Below are positions 19,364 to 31,425 of a DNA stretch of 64,000 nucleotides, piece after piece. The position numbers and the translations under genes are program-made. A model generated the notes under the pieces. It worked only from the letters and a program-made list of their open reading frames with translations. It was not told the origin of the DNA and did not search any database. The stretch comes from a virus: the IMG/VR virus record IMGVR_UViG_3300011115_000708, positions 1-64,000 of that record; one strand, written 5' to 3'. Position 1 is the first letter of the stretch. Every line of letters begins with the position of its first letter.

Positions 19364-20184
19364 TGACCTGGGCAGTAACAGCAATTTCCGCAGCAGCCAT
19401 GGTGTCTGGAGCCATGGCCCAGCAGCATGCATCAAACCAGCGCAACAATGCGCTTTCAGTGGCAAGCCTTGCAGAGCAAAAGCGCCAGCGCGACATCATG
19501 CTGAAAAACTCAAGTCTGCAAAGCCAGCAGCAGCAAGATGAACTAAAAGCTCGTCAGACATTCCAGGATCAGGGGATGAAAGCGTTCGACTCCAACGCGG
19601 TAAAGTCAGACACAACTGCCCAGCAACAACAAATCGCGAATTCTCTTATTGCAGCGCAAAACGCTCAGCCAGTTGCCATCACTGGTGGCGCAACTCCCAC
19701 AGATACCGTGCAGACAGTCGGAGCAAATCCGATGGGATCAATTGGATCAAACACCTATGCTAATGACCTGGCCAAAGTGATGGCATACAACCAGGCTTAT
19801 GGAAACCAACAGGCAAATGCCCAAGCAGCACTGGCCGCCATGGATCGAGCCAACATGCTTGGCGGGGAGCGCCTCCAGCGGTCTGGAGAGCAGATCGGTA
19901 TGACCGCCAACCAGCTCAACGCACTCAATCGACCGATGCAGGCAAATCAGCTTCTCAGTAACGCATCTCAAAACCTGTACGGCAGCGATGCCAACATGGC
20001 ACAGCTCAAGGGTGGTGGATGGGATCTTTTCGGAAAGATTCTCTCAACTGCTGGCAGCGTTGGCCTTGGGGCTGCATCTGGCGGAGCGCTCGCCCCTGGC
20101 GGCGCTGGGTACAACACGGCGGCTGGACTCTACAACCAGACAGCGGGAAGATTGGGCGCAGCGCCAAAAGCATTCATCGTCTAA
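19363..20184 (+). CDS. Internal virion (ejection) protein
   Basis: MTWAVTAISAAA N-terminus, Q/A/N-rich, Gly-rich C-terminus. Confidence 0.6.
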   Translation: MTWAVTAISAAAMVSGAMAQQHASNQRNNALSVASLAEQKRQRDIMLKNSSLQSQQQQDELKARQTFQDQGMKAFDSNAVKSDTTAQQQQIANSLIAAQNAQPVAITGGATPTDTVQTVGANPMGSIGSNTYANDLAKVMAYNQAYGNQQANAQAALAAMDRANMLGGERLQRSGEQIGMTANQLNALNRPMQANQLLSNASQNLYGSDANMAQLKGGGWDLFGKILSTAGSVGLGAASGGALAPGGAGYNTAAGLYNQTAGRLGAAPKAFIV

Positions 20185-20196
20185 CAGACAAACATT

Positions 20197-21855
20197 ATGA
20201 GCAGCCTATCACCATATCAATCAGCATCACTTGGACAAGGAGTCCAGGGAGTTGGAAATGCCATCTCCACAATCTTTGACCCGCGCATTCAAATGCAGGC
20301 TCAACAAGCTCGCCTGGCTAACGAGGCCAATGCGCTTGAAGCCAAGTATAAGCCAGACGTGTACAGGTCACAGATCGCACAGAACAACGCGTCTGCGGCA
20401 GCAGCAGCAGCATCTGCAGAGAAGTATCGTGCCGAGACTGAAGCGGCTCGCCAACGTGCAGCATTTGGTCAAAGCGCTGCAAACCTTCAAGCACCACAAG
20501 GAGTTTTTCCTGGAGTTCCCTACGCTCCTGATGTTGTTGCTCCACCATCTCCTCAGGTGATGCAATCATTCCAAGACCAGAGAGCTCTTTACTCAAACCT
20601 TTATGGTGGTGGAGGAGCCAATGATCTTACTCAAGGAATGGCAAGAAATGCAGCTTTGAATGCCCAGGATGATTTAGCGGCTCGCCGTGCTGCGGTAGCA
20701 CTTAGCGGAAATCTTCCAAACATCAATCAGGCATTCATGCCAGAGTTCCAAGGTAAAGTCATTGCGGCTCAAGGAGCTAACGATATTGCTGTTCAAAATG
20801 CAAAGTCGCAAGGTGATCTTCAGAGTACTATTGCAAAGTCACAAGGTGACATGCAAAACACCATGATTGGTGATATTATCAAGGGAGCATTTGGATCTGG
20901 TGGCAGTGGATCTTCACTATCTCCTGGTATGAGCTCGATGAAACTTGAAGATCTTGACAAATACGTTCAAGGCAAGTTCTCAATTCCTGGTGAACCAATG
21001 AGTCCTGAAAACTTCCAAGCTGCGAATGCTTACAAGACAAGCATGGCTATGCTAATGGGTCAGGGAGTCGATCCAATGACCGCAGACAGCCTAGCATCTC
21101 AACATCATGGAGCTGCATCTTACTCAGATCCATTCTTTGGATCTCCACGCATGGAGACTGGCAAGGATTTCAACATGAATCCAATTAGTCCGTCAGAAGC
21201 TGCGGATATTGCTAGTAGAATCCGTGATGACAAGACGAAGGCTGGAATGGATAGAACTAGCCAAATCATGCAGATGATGTTTCAAAATGGGCAGATTCCA
21301 GGAGCTACTGGACTTGCTGCTCCAGGTGCATCAAATGTTCCTAATGTGGTTCCAGGAACTACCACACCAGCACCTACAGCTCCAAATCCAACCGTGTCTG
21401 CGGTTACTCCAGCGCCAGCCACCTTCACGCCACCGCAGACGCTTGGTCAGCAAGTTGCATCTGAAAAGAAATCAACCCAGCGCAAAAAGGATGTTGATTA
21501 CAACAAGGCCACAATGGAATCACTTAGGAAACAGGCTGATTCTGCAAAAGTTCCATTGGATCAGATTATCGCAACCGCGATGGCTGGTGGCCAGGAAAAT
21601 AAAGATGCTCTAGAAAGGGCGTTGGCTGTGCGCCCCCCATCGGTCACTACCAGTTTTGGTCAATCAGGAGCCAGTGTTGGCTTGGTTCCATTTACTAAAT
21701 ATGCTGGCCCGTCAATAAATGACATCCAGAATGCGGCAAGAGATCCAGAAATTCAAAAGATGTTTGGAATAAATCCAGATCTTGTGAATAATTACCTGCA
21801 GACAGGAAATGCTGGACAGACACAGGTTGGACGATTTACTGTGACCCCGCAATAA
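20197..21855 (+). CDS. Internal virion (ejection) protein
   Basis: 552 aa, A/Q-rich, in the ejection cluster. Confidence 0.6.
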   Translation: MSSLSPYQSASLGQGVQGVGNAISTIFDPRIQMQAQQARLANEANALEAKYKPDVYRSQIAQNNASAAAAAASAEKYRAETEAARQRAAFGQSAANLQAPQGVFPGVPYAPDVVAPPSPQVMQSFQDQRALYSNLYGGGGANDLTQGMARNAALNAQDDLAARRAAVALSGNLPNINQAFMPEFQGKVIAAQGANDIAVQNAKSQGDLQSTIAKSQGDMQNTMIGDIIKGAFGSGGSGSSLSPGMSSMKLEDLDKYVQGKFSIPGEPMSPENFQAANAYKTSMAMLMGQGVDPMTADSLASQHHGAASYSDPFFGSPRMETGKDFNMNPISPSEAADIASRIRDDKTKAGMDRTSQIMQMMFQNGQIPGATGLAAPGASNVPNVVPGTTTPAPTAPNPTVSAVTPAPATFTPPQTLGQQVASEKKSTQRKKDVDYNKATMESLRKQADSAKVPLDQIIATAMAGGQENKDALERALAVRPPSVTTSFGQSGASVGLVPFTKYAGPSINDIQNAARDPEIQKMFGINPDLVNNYLQTGNAGQTQVGRFTVTPQ

Positions 21856-21856
21856 G

Positions 21857-24800
21857 ATGCCAATCTACAATGTCACTGACCCGACGACTGGCCAATCTCT
21901 AAAGCTCACAGGGGATTCACCTCCTACCGAGCAAGAGCTTTCCCAGATTTTTGCAGCCCAGCCACCAAAACAAGCTGAGAATCCAATTGACAGGATCTTC
22001 AGACAGGGAGAGGAGCGCAGACAGAAAGCAGCAGAAGATGCGGCCAATGCTCCATCTATGCTTGGATCGTTTGCGCGCGGCGCGCGGGAGAGCATTGGGC
22101 CTGGAATTGGATCATTGGCTGGAATGACAATTGGAGCAGCCATGGCCCCTGCCACAGGTGGTTTATCAATGCTCATACCTCTTGGTGGAACGCTTATAGG
22201 AGGCGCTTTAGGAGGTATGGGACAAGGCGTAGTTGACCCAATGACCGCAGAGCGCGAGAAGGCTCTTCAACGTGATATGGCAACCAATCCAGTATCATCT
22301 TGGGTTGGTTCTGTATCTCCTATGGTGGCCGCAATGAAACCAAATATCTCTGGTATCGGAACGGCTCTGCGCTCGATGGAGGGCGCTGCCACTGCAGCCG
22401 AAAGAGCCGCTATCAGCGGAGCCAGGATCAACATGGCAGCAGGAGCGGGTATCGGCGGAGGACTCAACCTTGGCATGAATGCTCTTCACGGACAGCTTCC
22501 AACGCCAGGTAGCTTTGCTGGTGACGTGCTGCTTGGTGCGGCATTCAATGAGCCAAACCGTCTGGGACGCGCTCTCGGAATGCACTCGTCTGTGCGGCCA
22601 GTCATGCCTGGTGAAGCAGCGCAAACTGCAGCGCCAGCGGTAGCGCAGTTAGTTGCTCCAGTGGCAACTCCAGCGGCGGAAGCAGTGGCAGCGCCACCAG
22701 TAGTGGCAGCAGCTCCAGTATCCACTCGGCCAGGCTATCTAGGCCCAGAAGCGCCAACTGGCCCAGTTGTAATGCCTCCAGTCGTTGAGGGCCCTTCTGT
22801 TGGATTCCAAGGGGTAGAAGGCCCGAATCCTGGGACAATCTTCAATCCATCTGATTCAGCCGTGGTGGTAGCACCAGAAGTTCCAGCTTCACTTGGAGCC
22901 AATGGCAAACCCAAGAAGCAATATCAACTGAAGCCAAGAGAAGAGGCTGGTATGCCACCTAAAGCAGCGGAAGCTCCACCAGTACAGACAGGAACTGGTG
23001 AGGCGCTTTCACCAAGAGATGCTGCCATGGCTAAAATCAATTCTGAATACCAAGCTGCAGTTGACAAGGCTAACAATATCGAAAACCTATACGATAAAGG
23101 GAAAGCACTCAGAACAGCAGAGTTGTTTAGGAATGGAAAAATTGATAAGCTTAACAAGAATTTCCCACCTCCAGCAGAAGCGCCACCAGTTGCAGCAGAA
23201 GCTCCGACAGCTCCACAAGCTCCAGCGGTTTTAGCAGAACCTATAGTTTCAGCACCTGCTGAAACACCCAAGTTCACTCTTCCAGCAGAATTATCAAAAT
23301 CTTCACCACGATATGGATACAAAACTTCAAACTTTACCTTGGAGTTTGCATCGGATCTAGATCGCGCGGCATATGTATTAGCCAATGATTCAATCAGCGG
23401 AAAGAAATCAAAATCTGCAGACAAGTTCAGAAAAGCTATTGCAGACGCTGGACTTGACGAAGCTGCTGTAATCGAACATGGAAAAAAAGTTCGTGAAGTT
23501 CTTAAGAAAGACGCAGAAATAGCTCATGGCTATCAAGAGGATTCGATCTACATGCCCGACCAGGGTTTTGAACAACCACCTTCCGCAGCGAAACCCGCTG
23601 CAGTTGAACCGATAGTAACCAATGAAAACCAAACCGAAAACAATGTCCAAGGGCAAGCCAATGGGCAAGGGCAAGGGGAAACCCTGCTAACACCACCTGA
23701 GCCTCCCCCCGTTGCGGGGGAGGCCGCAACTTCAGAACCACTAACCACTAAGCCAAATGCCACTCAAGAAAGGAACCAGCAAGAAAGTAATATCGGAGAA
23801 CATCAAGCGGGAAATGAGCCACGGAAAACCCCAAAAGCAGGCGGTCGCAATCGCGCTGTCGCAGGCGGGGAAAAGCCGCAAGAAGTAGTAATCGACAACT
23901 CGATTCCGAAATGGGAGGGAGAAGTTCCAGAAGCTCTTAATTCAAAAGGAACATCCATTCCGACATCAACCCTGGAAGGAAATCTGAAATATGCCAGGAT
24001 TCAATATGATAAGGTAGTTGCTGATGGACGGCAAGCTACGCCAGAGCTAAGGACAAAAATTTCTCGTCTTGAAGCTCAAATTGCTAGCAGACCAAAATCA
24101 ATTAAGAGCCAGGCAATTGATATTATTGTAAAAAGCAATGGTGAATATCCAGTTATTGATGCAGCGATTGCGGCTGGAATGAAGCCACCACCACCTGGAC
24201 TCAAGCTAATTGAAAGCCACGCAAGAAAAGGCCATAAGCTAAAAACAAAATCAATAGAAAAAAGAACAAATGCAGATTGGGATGGTCACGTTCCAATCAT
24301 CGAAGCTCCAGCAGGAGTTGCAAGAGAGGTTCTGAAAAGAGTGTATGGTGGTAAAAGATCAACTGGAAAAGAGCCATCTACTGTAGCCAGTGAACTTGGA
24401 ATGACTACCAGTGAGATGTGGGCAAAGCTAAGGGCTGAGCTCGATCTTGTCTCCAGAGGTGGAGAAACTCCGATTGAGGAGCGCATGAGCGAGTATCTCG
24501 GAAAAAATAATGCCGAAGAGCAGGCTCTAAACTTTGGTAATTCCGCATTAGAACCCTCACCTGGAAAAGAGCCAACACCTGTCAGCGCACTTGAAAAGGG
24601 CGATACCATGGTGATTGATGGTGAGGAGGTGAAGGTGGTAAGCACCACTGAAAACGCAGACGGATCGAGCACTGCGGTGTTGAGAGATGGTGAGAAATTT
24701 GGAGATCAGCGAGTGAATAGCGCAGACAACAATGATCTCTACGTTGACAAGACACCAGACCAGTTTGCCCAGGAGCAGTCTGCAAAAGCATATGACGAAG

Positions 24801-27800
24801 CCACTGCTGCTGAAAAGGAGCAGATGATGGCCGAGCAGGCAAAGCAGGAGGATAAGGCATCCGCATCAACAGAATCCAAGCCATATGATCCAAAAGCAAT
24901 CTCATCGCTTCGCGAGCAAGAACGGTATCTTGTAGATAAGCTATGGAATATGAGGAATGGCAATAAGGGAGTGCGAGTTACAGAAGAAGCCCTAGTTAAT
25001 ACGGAAAAAGCGATTGAAAGTGTTAGGGCTGATATTGAGAAATACAGCCAGCAAAATAAGCCAGTTTCACCAACTGAGGAAGCTCCAGCGTCAGCGGCAA
25101 AGCCAACCGAGTCTCCGCAGGAAATAAAGAACTTCAACAACAGATCTCTGCTTGAGCCACAGGAGGGCGGAGACGCATTTGTCCTACAACAAGAGCAGAC
25201 AGTAGATGGAGCTGCTGTCACGCAGGCTGCGGAGCAGGCAAAGGCCAATGAGGCCCTAAACAACTCTCTCCAGCGGAACATCGACTTCGACAAACCAGTT
25301 GAGCCAGGACTTCTTCAGTCGGCAATTGATGCAATTGATGGTCAAATTAAGGCTACGCAAAATTATCAAAAGTCTAATAGGGGACGAGTAAGTTCATTTC
25401 CTGTAGACATCATTGGAGCCCAGGCGTATGAGGCCGTGCTCCAGGTTCTAAAGGCATCACTCAAAGCTGGCCAATCTATCAATAAAGCCGTTGCGTCTGC
25501 GATGGCAACTATCAAGAATACCAAGATCACTAATGAAGAGCGAAGGGCGATTGAAGGAGAATTAAAGTCTCATGCCGTAAAGGTTACTGAGCTTGCCAAG
25601 GGCAATGATGCAAACATGAAGGTTCAGATCGGCCTAATCGCAGAGTCGATGAAGGATGCTACTGGTAAGCCTGGAAATAGGCTCGGTATCAAAAATGAGC
25701 TCGTCAAAAAGTTCCCAGACCAGGCTGAGTACATCAAAAAGAATCTCAACCGCATCATGGATGAGATGGTGGCGCAGGAAGACCTCATCTCAAAATCCAA
25801 GAGTGCATCATCAAAGGAATGGGGAGCATGGGGGCGCGAGCGTGTCGCTCAACTTAATGAGATCTACAGCGATGCTCGGAGCGGTCTGTCTGCAAATAAA
25901 GCTGCGAAAGCAGTTCGCGCAATCCATGATCATCTTTTTACCAATATGGGCAAAAGGATGCATGATATTGCCGATGGTGTGCAGACAGGTAGGGCCAGCA
26001 AAGCTGGAAAGACATATGCTGAAAAGCACTTTATGCTCAAGCCAGGTGAGGATGGAGTGAATATGGTTAGCACTGATATTCTCCAGGAAACCGACTCAAA
26101 CAAACTTCTCAACCAACTCGGAAGACACCTTGATGAACTCAAGGCATCACCAGATTTTGTCAGCATTGCAGACGCAAAGAAATCTGGATTCCTTGAGCGA
26201 GTGATCGAGCATGTGGTTGATCCATCGCGTGATGGAGAGCTTGCCAAAAACCCAACGCTCAAAAAGAGCGTGGAGTTCTTCTCAGCAATTCGCGGACAAG
26301 TTCTCAATTACCTCAAGCAAAACAACATCGAAATTGGTGATCTTGGCCCACGTTCAATGAGCCGATCCATGGATGCGGTTAAGGTATTTTCAAACCGAGC
26401 TGCGTTTTTGAAAGATGCTGCATCGGCTTACGAAGCGAAGTGGGGAGCGGAGCTTCGCATCCTTGCAGCAAAAGCAGCAAAAGCTGGCCCTGGAAGCAAA
26501 GAGCAAAAAGCATTCCTCAAACGTACCGCTGAAATAAACAAGCTCGACTCAAAAGAATTTGCCAACCGATACCTGACGGCCATCGAGGCAGGTGAGCGTG
26601 GTCTTACCTCAGACGGAAATGACTTTTATTCCAATGAAGGTGGCCTCACACCAAACATCTTTAAGGCTCGCGAGTTCGGCCAAGAAGCCGAAACATTCCT
26701 GAGGAAGTACATGATCAATGATCCATTTCAGATGATCAAAAATGAAGTCGTTGCCGCAACTAGGGCTGTGACAAAAGCCAGACTGCTGGGTGGCTTCAAT
26801 GAAAAAGGTGAATTTGACAATCTTGGTGGATGGAAGAAACTTCGTGCAGACCTGGAGGCTGAAGGAAATGGTGACATGGTTCCGCTGTATCAGCAGACTC
26901 TCAAAAACTATCTCAACGTCAAAGGCACAGACAACCAGACAAGCCAGAGCATACTACAAGGCATTCATGGCCTTACGCAGCTAACCTATCTATCAAGAGC
27001 CGCAGTATCATCGTTAGGAGAACCAACTATGGTTGGCGTGAGAGCTGGAAGTCTGCGAGAAGCTGCAAGAGCTAATGTTGAAACAGCAAAAAATTTCGTT
27101 AAGCTGATCCGCAGAGCAAAGCCATCTGAAAGCATCATCATTGCGGAAGCTCTAGGTGAGATCAAGATTGGCCAACATGCAATGATGGGAAGTGAGTCAA
27201 TCAACAATGCTTTCAGTGGTCGTGGGTTATTTGGGAATCTTGTTAGCCAATTCCATGAGAAGACATTTCTAACAGATTTGACAAATGCCACTATGGCCGC
27301 ATCAATGGATGTTGGTAAGGCGTTCATCAACATGAACCTCAAGCTAATAAAAGAAGGTGGAGCTCTAAGCCGTCTGTCTTTGCAAGGATTACGCGAAATC
27401 GGAATCAGCAGGGAAGATCTTCCAATGATGCAGGAGTTTGCTGCCAGATTTGATAAGGAACCAAACTGGTCAAAGCTCGTCCTGGAAGACAGCCCAGCAG
27501 CCGCGAAGTTCCGCGATGCACTCACGTTGTTCAAGCGCACTGGAGGCGCTCTTGACCCTACCAGAGCCTCGAAAACAATGGCATCTACCAATCCGCTTGC
27601 CAGTTTGTTCTATTCGTTGAGTGGATACCTTTACGAGTTCCACGACAAGATTACTAGGCGTTATTTAGCAAGAGGAAAAGCCATGATCACTGGAAAGATG
27701 ATGATGGAAGGTAAAATGCAAAAACTCAAAGGGCCAGAGCGATGGGCAATCTTTGGGGAGATTGCAAAAGGAGCCGTGGCGCTCTATTCGACCCAATATG

Positions 27801-28276
27801 CAATTCAGTTGATCCGCGAAAACCTCTACGCAGACCCAGAGCGCATCGCCAAGGATAAGCGCAGAACTCCTGGTCAAATAGCCAAGCTCAGGGCTGCCGC
27901 TGCTCTCTCGCGCTCGTCTGTGTTCGGCCCATACGACAGCATCTTCAACGCCATCACCCAAGCTCGCTACCAGCGCGATCCAGCTACCACCCTCCTTGGT
28001 GCTGAGATTGGTGGAATCTCAGACCTATTTGGCCAAGTTGCCAACATGATCCAGGGAGAGCGCAATGCTAAAGGAACCAATACCGCAGAGCGGAAATTGA
28101 CCAGAAGCCTCTACAATATGACCGTGGCTCCTGCAGTGGGAGCATTGGCGGCCACCATGCCTGGATATGCAGTTCCATCTACCCTAATTCAAGCTGCCTA
28201 CCATCCAGCAATCAGAGAACAATTTGTCAAAGGAGTGGCTGGGCCCCCAGTATTGCCTAAAATGCCAGCGAAATAA
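21857..28276 (+). CDS. Giant internal virion/DNA-ejection protein
   Basis: 2139 aa; [23 protein letters not shown] start, Gly/Ala membrane-like segments, Pro/Ala linker; last gene before lysis. Confidence 0.7.
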   Translation: MPIYNVTDPTTGQSLKLTGDSPPTEQELSQIFAAQPPKQAENPIDRIFRQGEERRQKAAEDAANAPSMLGSFARGARESIGPGIGSLAGMTIGAAMAPATGGLSMLIPLGGTLIGGALGGMGQGVVDPMTAEREKALQRDMATNPVSSWVGSVSPMVAAMKPNISGIGTALRSMEGAATAAERAAISGARINMAAGAGIGGGLNLGMNALHGQLPTPGSFAGDVLLGAAFNEPNRLGRALGMHSSVRPVMPGEAAQTAAPAVAQLVAPVATPAAEAVAAPPVVAAAPVSTRPGYLGPEAPTGPVVMPPVVEGPSVGFQGVEGPNPGTIFNPSDSAVVVAPEVPASLGANGKPKKQYQLKPREEAGMPPKAAEAPPVQTGTGEALSPRDAAMAKINSEYQAAVDKANNIENLYDKGKALRTAELFRNGKIDKLNKNFPPPAEAPPVAAEAPTAPQAPAVLAEPIVSAPAETPKFTLPAELSKSSPRYGYKTSNFTLEFASDLDRAAYVLANDSISGKKSKSADKFRKAIADAGLDEAAVIEHGKKVREVLKKDAEIAHGYQEDSIYMPDQGFEQPPSAAKPAAVEPIVTNENQTENNVQGQANGQGQGETLLTPPEPPPVAGEAATSEPLTTKPNATQERNQQESNIGEHQAGNEPRKTPKAGGRNRAVAGGEKPQEVVIDNSIPKWEGEVPEALNSKGTSIPTSTLEGNLKYARIQYDKVVADGRQATPELRTKISRLEAQIASRPKSIKSQAIDIIVKSNGEYPVIDAAIAAGMKPPPPGLKLIESHARKGHKLKTKSIEKRTNADWDGHVPIIEAPAGVAREVLKRVYGGKRSTGKEPSTVASELGMTTSEMWAKLRAELDLVSRGGETPIEERMSEYLGKNNAEEQALNFGNSALEPSPGKEPTPVSALEKGDTMVIDGEEVKVVSTTENADGSSTAVLRDGEKFGDQRVNSADNNDLYVDKTPDQFAQEQSAKAYDEATAAEKEQMMAEQAKQEDKASASTESKPYDPKAISSLREQERYLVDKLWNMRNGNKGVRVTEEALVNTEKAIESVRADIEKYSQQNKPVSPTEEAPASAAKPTESPQEIKNFNNRSLLEPQEGGDAFVLQQEQTVDGAAVTQAAEQAKANEALNNSLQRNIDFDKPVEPGLLQSAIDAIDGQIKATQNYQKSNRGRVSSFPVDIIGAQAYEAVLQVLKASLKAGQSINKAVASAMATIKNTKITNEERRAIEGELKSHAVKVTELAKGNDANMKVQIGLIAESMKDATGKPGNRLGIKNELVKKFPDQAEYIKKNLNRIMDEMVAQEDLISKSKSASSKEWGAWGRERVAQLNEIYSDARSGLSANKAAKAVRAIHDHLFTNMGKRMHDIADGVQTGRASKAGKTYAEKHFMLKPGEDGVNMVSTDILQETDSNKLLNQLGRHLDELKASPDFVSIADAKKSGFLERVIEHVVDPSRDGELAKNPTLKKSVEFFSAIRGQVLNYLKQNNIEIGDLGPRSMSRSMDAVKVFSNRAAFLKDAASAYEAKWGAELRILAAKAAKAGPGSKEQKAFLKRTAEINKLDSKEFANRYLTAIEAGERGLTSDGNDFYSNEGGLTPNIFKAREFGQEAETFLRKYMINDPFQMIKNEVVAATRAVTKARLLGGFNEKGEFDNLGGWKKLRADLEAEGNGDMVPLYQQTLKNYLNVKGTDNQTSQSILQGIHGLTQLTYLSRAAVSSLGEPTMVGVRAGSLREAARANVETAKNFVKLIRRAKPSESIIIAEALGEIKIGQHAMMGSESINNAFSGRGLFGNLVSQFHEKTFLTDLTNATMAASMDVGKAFINMNLKLIKEGGALSRLSLQGLREIGISREDLPMMQEFAARFDKEPNWSKLVLEDSPAAAKFRDALTLFKRTGGALDPTRASKTMASTNPLASLFYSLSGYLYEFHDKITRRYLARGKAMITGKMMMEGKMQKLKGPERWAIFGEIAKGAVALYSTQYAIQLIRENLYADPERIAKDKRRTPGQIAKLRAAAALSRSSVFGPYDSIFNAITQARYQRDPATTLLGAEIGGISDLFGQVANMIQGERNAKGTNTAERKLTRSLYNMTVAPAVGALAATMPGYAVPSTLIQAAYHPAIREQFVKGVAGPPVLPKMPAK

Positions 28277-28278
28277 TC

Positions 28279-28306
28279 TTGCAGACAGGCCATTATTCGC
28301 TAATCT
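28279..28306 (+). promoter_or_regulatory. Putative lysis-cassette promoter
   Basis: TTGCAG-N16-TAATCT with CAGACAG overlapping the -35. Confidence 0.45.
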
Positions 28307-28320
28307 CACCACGCAAACAT

Positions 28321-28485
28321 ATGAAAACCATCCTATTATCGTATCTAAAGCAAGAATCCACTTGGCGTGGACTATTCCAATTTGCTACAGCAATCGGAAT
28401 CGGTCTGCGTCCAGACCAATCTGCTGCAATTCTTTCTGTAGGAATCGCCGCCGTGGGGGCCATCAACACGTTCAAGAATAAATGA
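28321..28485 (+). CDS. Holin (module A)
   Basis: 54 aa, YLKQESTWRGL followed by two hydrophobic helices; coupled to the endolysin. Confidence 0.75.
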   Translation: MKTILLSYLKQESTWRGLFQFATAIGIGLRPDQSAAILSVGIAAVGAINTFKNK

Positions 28486-29033
28486 GCGTAAAAGAGATCC
28501 AATCAAAGATTGGAGCAACTCCAGATGGTGAGTGGGGGCCTAGAAGCAAGGCTCTGTGCAAGATCCATCTCCATGATCTGATGCCATCACCAAACCCATG
28601 GCCATCAGATGACACGCTCTCTATGACGCGATTCTACGGCGAGGCTGGCGAGCGCAATCTCGTCAACCTGGACGTGTCTGAGTTTGGCGTGAAGTACGAT
28701 GGTCAGCACGTCAAAACGATTCGCTGCAACAAGAAAGTGGCCGAATCGCTGGGTCGAATCATTGAGGCTATTGCAAACAGCGAATGGGCCTACATGCTTC
28801 AGCGGTTTGATGGATGCTACAACTACCGAAAGATGCGCGGAGGAAACTCACTTTCAATCCACTCATGGGGCGCTGCGGTTGACTTCGATGCTGGCAATAA
28901 CATGAACAACCAGGCATGGCCAGAAAGCGCCACCATGCCGCTCGGTGTGATGGAGATTTTTGCTCGTGAAGGATGGATTTCGGCAGGGGCATTTTGGGGG
29001 CGTGATGCGATGCATTTTCAAGCGACAAAATAA
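28482..29033 (+). CDS. Endolysin, M15-family peptidase
   Basis: GCYNYRKMRGG..LSIHSWGAAVDFD...DAMHFQ zinc-binding motif. Confidence 0.9.
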   Translation: MSVKEIQSKIGATPDGEWGPRSKALCKIHLHDLMPSPNPWPSDDTLSMTRFYGEAGERNLVNLDVSEFGVKYDGQHVKTIRCNKKVAESLGRIIEAIANSEWAYMLQRFDGCYNYRKMRGGNSLSIHSWGAAVDFDAGNNMNNQAWPESATMPLGVMEIFAREGWISAGAFWGRDAMHFQATK

Positions 29034-29037
29034 AATC

Positions 29038-29220
29038 ATGGACGAGAACTATTCATTTGTTTTTAGGTCGGCATCCATCTCAATAATGAACTCATTGGCC
29101 GTGACAATCTCTTTTCTTCCGCAGATAGAGCAATGGCTAAGGATCACATCTTTATTAACAGCAATCACTTACACACTGATTCTCTCGGTAAAAGCCTTGG
29201 CTAAAAAAAAATCCAAATAA
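29038..29220 (+). CDS. Small lysis-associated membrane protein
   Basis: 60 aa, two hydrophobic segments, basic C-terminus. Confidence 0.55.
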   Translation: MDENYSFVFRSASISIMNSLAVTISFLPQIEQWLRITSLLTAITYTLILSVKALAKKKSK

Positions 29221-29272
29221 TTTCAGAAAGTGGTTGACCTACCGCAAAAAGCAGTAGAGTCTCCTGCTGCCG

Positions 29273-29494
29273 ATGAAACCAAAGCTGACCATAAAATCCA
29301 TCGTGAATCATTTCGGTGGTGCTACCCAGCTATCAAGACTCCTGTCAAAAGGATGTGAAGTTAGCAAATCTAGCAGAACTGTTGAATCGTGGATTTACAG
29401 GGATTCCATCCCTGCAAAGAAACTGATGGACTTGGTTTTGCTTGGTGACAAGATCGGAAAGCCGCTGGTGCTTGACCAGCACATCCAAAAATAA
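29273..29494 (+). CDS. Cro-like HTH regulator
   Basis: IVNHFGGATQLSRLL....SRTVESWIYRDSIP. Confidence 0.7.
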   Translation: MKPKLTIKSIVNHFGGATQLSRLLSKGCEVSKSSRTVESWIYRDSIPAKKLMDLVLLGDKIGKPLVLDQHIQK

Positions 29495-29497
29495 AAA

Positions 29498-29908
29498 ATG
29501 ACACACACTGAAGAGTTGGTCGCTAGTCGAAAGGCTATCGAAGAGAAGATTGCGGGTTTGAAATCCGAGATCAAAGAAATTGACAGAGCACTTGAGTATA
29601 TCGCTTGGCCAGTAATGGAACAGCGTCTGCTTACAGACAACAAAGACCACGGTGAGTTCAAGCTCAATGTGGACGGGATTGTCATCAAGGGCGCTGTCAG
29701 GAAGTCAGTAAGTTGGGATTCAGAAAAGCTGAAGAGCATCGCAAGCACATTGCACCCAGAAGATGCTGCTGAGATTTTCGATGTGAAAGTCTCTATCCCA
29801 GAGAAGAATTATCAAATCCTCGTTGAATGCGAGCATCCATCTCTAGGAGACATCATGATGGCTCGCGAAGTTAAACTGTCACCATTTACCATTAAAATTG
29901 AAGCATGA
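29498..29908 (+). CDS. Conserved recombination-module protein
   Basis: N-terminal coiled coil, KSVSWDSEKL; immediately upstream of the Sak4-like gene. Confidence 0.6.
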   Translation: MTHTEELVASRKAIEEKIAGLKSEIKEIDRALEYIAWPVMEQRLLTDNKDHGEFKLNVDGIVIKGAVRKSVSWDSEKLKSIASTLHPEDAAEIFDVKVSIPEKNYQILVECEHPSLGDIMMAREVKLSPFTIKIEA

Positions 29909-30801
29909 ACGGAATCGTAAAGGCTGACGACCGCCTAAAGGCTCGTCCAAAAATCAACATCGCATTGTTCGGACAAAGCGGTGTCGGCAAAACCACCCAA
30001 GCTCGTACTCTCGTTCCAGAGAGGACTCTGTTTGTGGATCTTGAAGCAGGAACCCTTGCTATCTCTGGATGGGCTGGGGACGTGTTTGACGTGCGGGAGT
30101 TCGCCAAGAACATTGGCGCTCACCCGTGGGAGATGACCCGTGCTCTCGCCGTGTACATCGGCGGCGCAGATCCAGCAGACCGTAGTGGATTCTATTCCAA
30201 GGCTGTCTACGATAAGGTGGTAGAGGTGTTCGGTGATCCTGCGAGCATGGACAAGTACGACACTGTGTTCATTGACTCCATCACCGTGGCTTCACGCTGG
30301 TGCTTCTCATGGGCACAGACACAGCCAGAGGCGATCAGTGAGAAGAATGGCAAGCCAGACACCAGAGGGGCCTACGGACTCCTTGGACGCGAAATGGTGC
30401 GCTGGTTGACCCACCTTCAGCACAGCCCTAAATCAATCATCGTGGTCGGCATCCTCGACCGAGTCGAAGACGACCTCAAGCGAGTGTCGTACTCTCCTCA
30501 GATCGAGGGCGGTAAGACTGGCCGAGAAATCAATGGGATCTTCGATCAGGTAATGACAATCGACTACCTGTACGATGATCTTGGAAAGCCAGTGATTTCC
30601 GCAGACGGAAAGAAGCAAAGGTGCATCTATTGCACCCAGGACAACAAGTTCAACTTCCCAGCTAAGGATCGGTCTGGACGACTCGACTCAATCGAGCCGC
30701 CAGACATCGCCTATCTGATGAACAAGATCCACAATGGCCCTCGTCTCGACGAAAAAATCATCACCACAATCCAAACACCAACAGTCTCATCTGACCAATA
30801 A
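29905..30801 (+). CDS. Sak4-like ATPase (AAA_24) single-strand annealing protein
   Basis: GQSGVGKT, VDLEAG, VFIDSIT, PAKDRSG. Confidence 0.85.
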   Translation: MNGIVKADDRLKARPKINIALFGQSGVGKTTQARTLVPERTLFVDLEAGTLAISGWAGDVFDVREFAKNIGAHPWEMTRALAVYIGGADPADRSGFYSKAVYDKVVEVFGDPASMDKYDTVFIDSITVASRWCFSWAQTQPEAISEKNGKPDTRGAYGLLGREMVRWLTHLQHSPKSIIVVGILDRVEDDLKRVSYSPQIEGGKTGREINGIFDQVMTIDYLYDDLGKPVISADGKKQRCIYCTQDNKFNFPAKDRSGRLDSIEPPDIAYLMNKIHNGPRLDEKIITTIQTPTVSSDQ

Positions 30802-30819
30802 CCAAACCAAACTACTACC

Positions 30820-31407
30820 ATGTTCAACTCAAAATCTGGAATCCAAGAATCGGCTGCAATTATCCCAGCAGCTACCACATCCAAGGCCGTTCTCATCGTC
30901 CGCGAGCTTAAGACCTCGCAGAAGAGTGGAGCAACCTACCTCGACATCGAGCTTCGATTGGTGGGAGGAAATTACGAAGGCCGCCGTGTCTATGACATGA
31001 TCATGAATCCATTCTGCCCACTCGCCAGCGAAGGTGGAAAGAAAATGGGAATCCTTGGACTCACCCGTATTTGTGAGGCAATCGGAATCTTCAAGATTGG
31101 AGATGAAGCATCCTACACACGCTATGAAGGTCGTGGAATCCATGACGTAATCAACGATATTGAAGGTCAAACCGTAGCGGTGAAGCTCAAGATCGAGAAG
31201 GGTGAGGATGGCCGCGCAGACCGCAACAAGGTCAGCGAATGGCTTACACCTAACCCGCTGTCTGGCGGAGCGCACAAGTCGTGGGTAGAGCTTCATACTG
31301 GAACTCCCAATCCAGCGACTCGCTCAACGGCATTCACTCCGAATCCAACCAGCCAAAATGGAGACACCCCAGCATGGCTAAATGGCCCAGGGAAAGATCC
31401 GTTTTGA
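30820..31407 (+). CDS. ssDNA-binding protein (DUF669-like)
   Basis: Follows Sak4; YLDIELRLVGGNYEGRRVYD, C-terminal PAWL...DPF. Confidence 0.7.
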   Translation: MFNSKSGIQESAAIIPAATTSKAVLIVRELKTSQKSGATYLDIELRLVGGNYEGRRVYDMIMNPFCPLASEGGKKMGILGLTRICEAIGIFKIGDEASYTRYEGRGIHDVINDIEGQTVAVKLKIEKGEDGRADRNKVSEWLTPNPLSGGAHKSWVELHTGTPNPATRSTAFTPNPTSQNGDTPAWLNGPGKDPF

Positions 31408-31425
31408 TATGATAAATTGAAAAAA

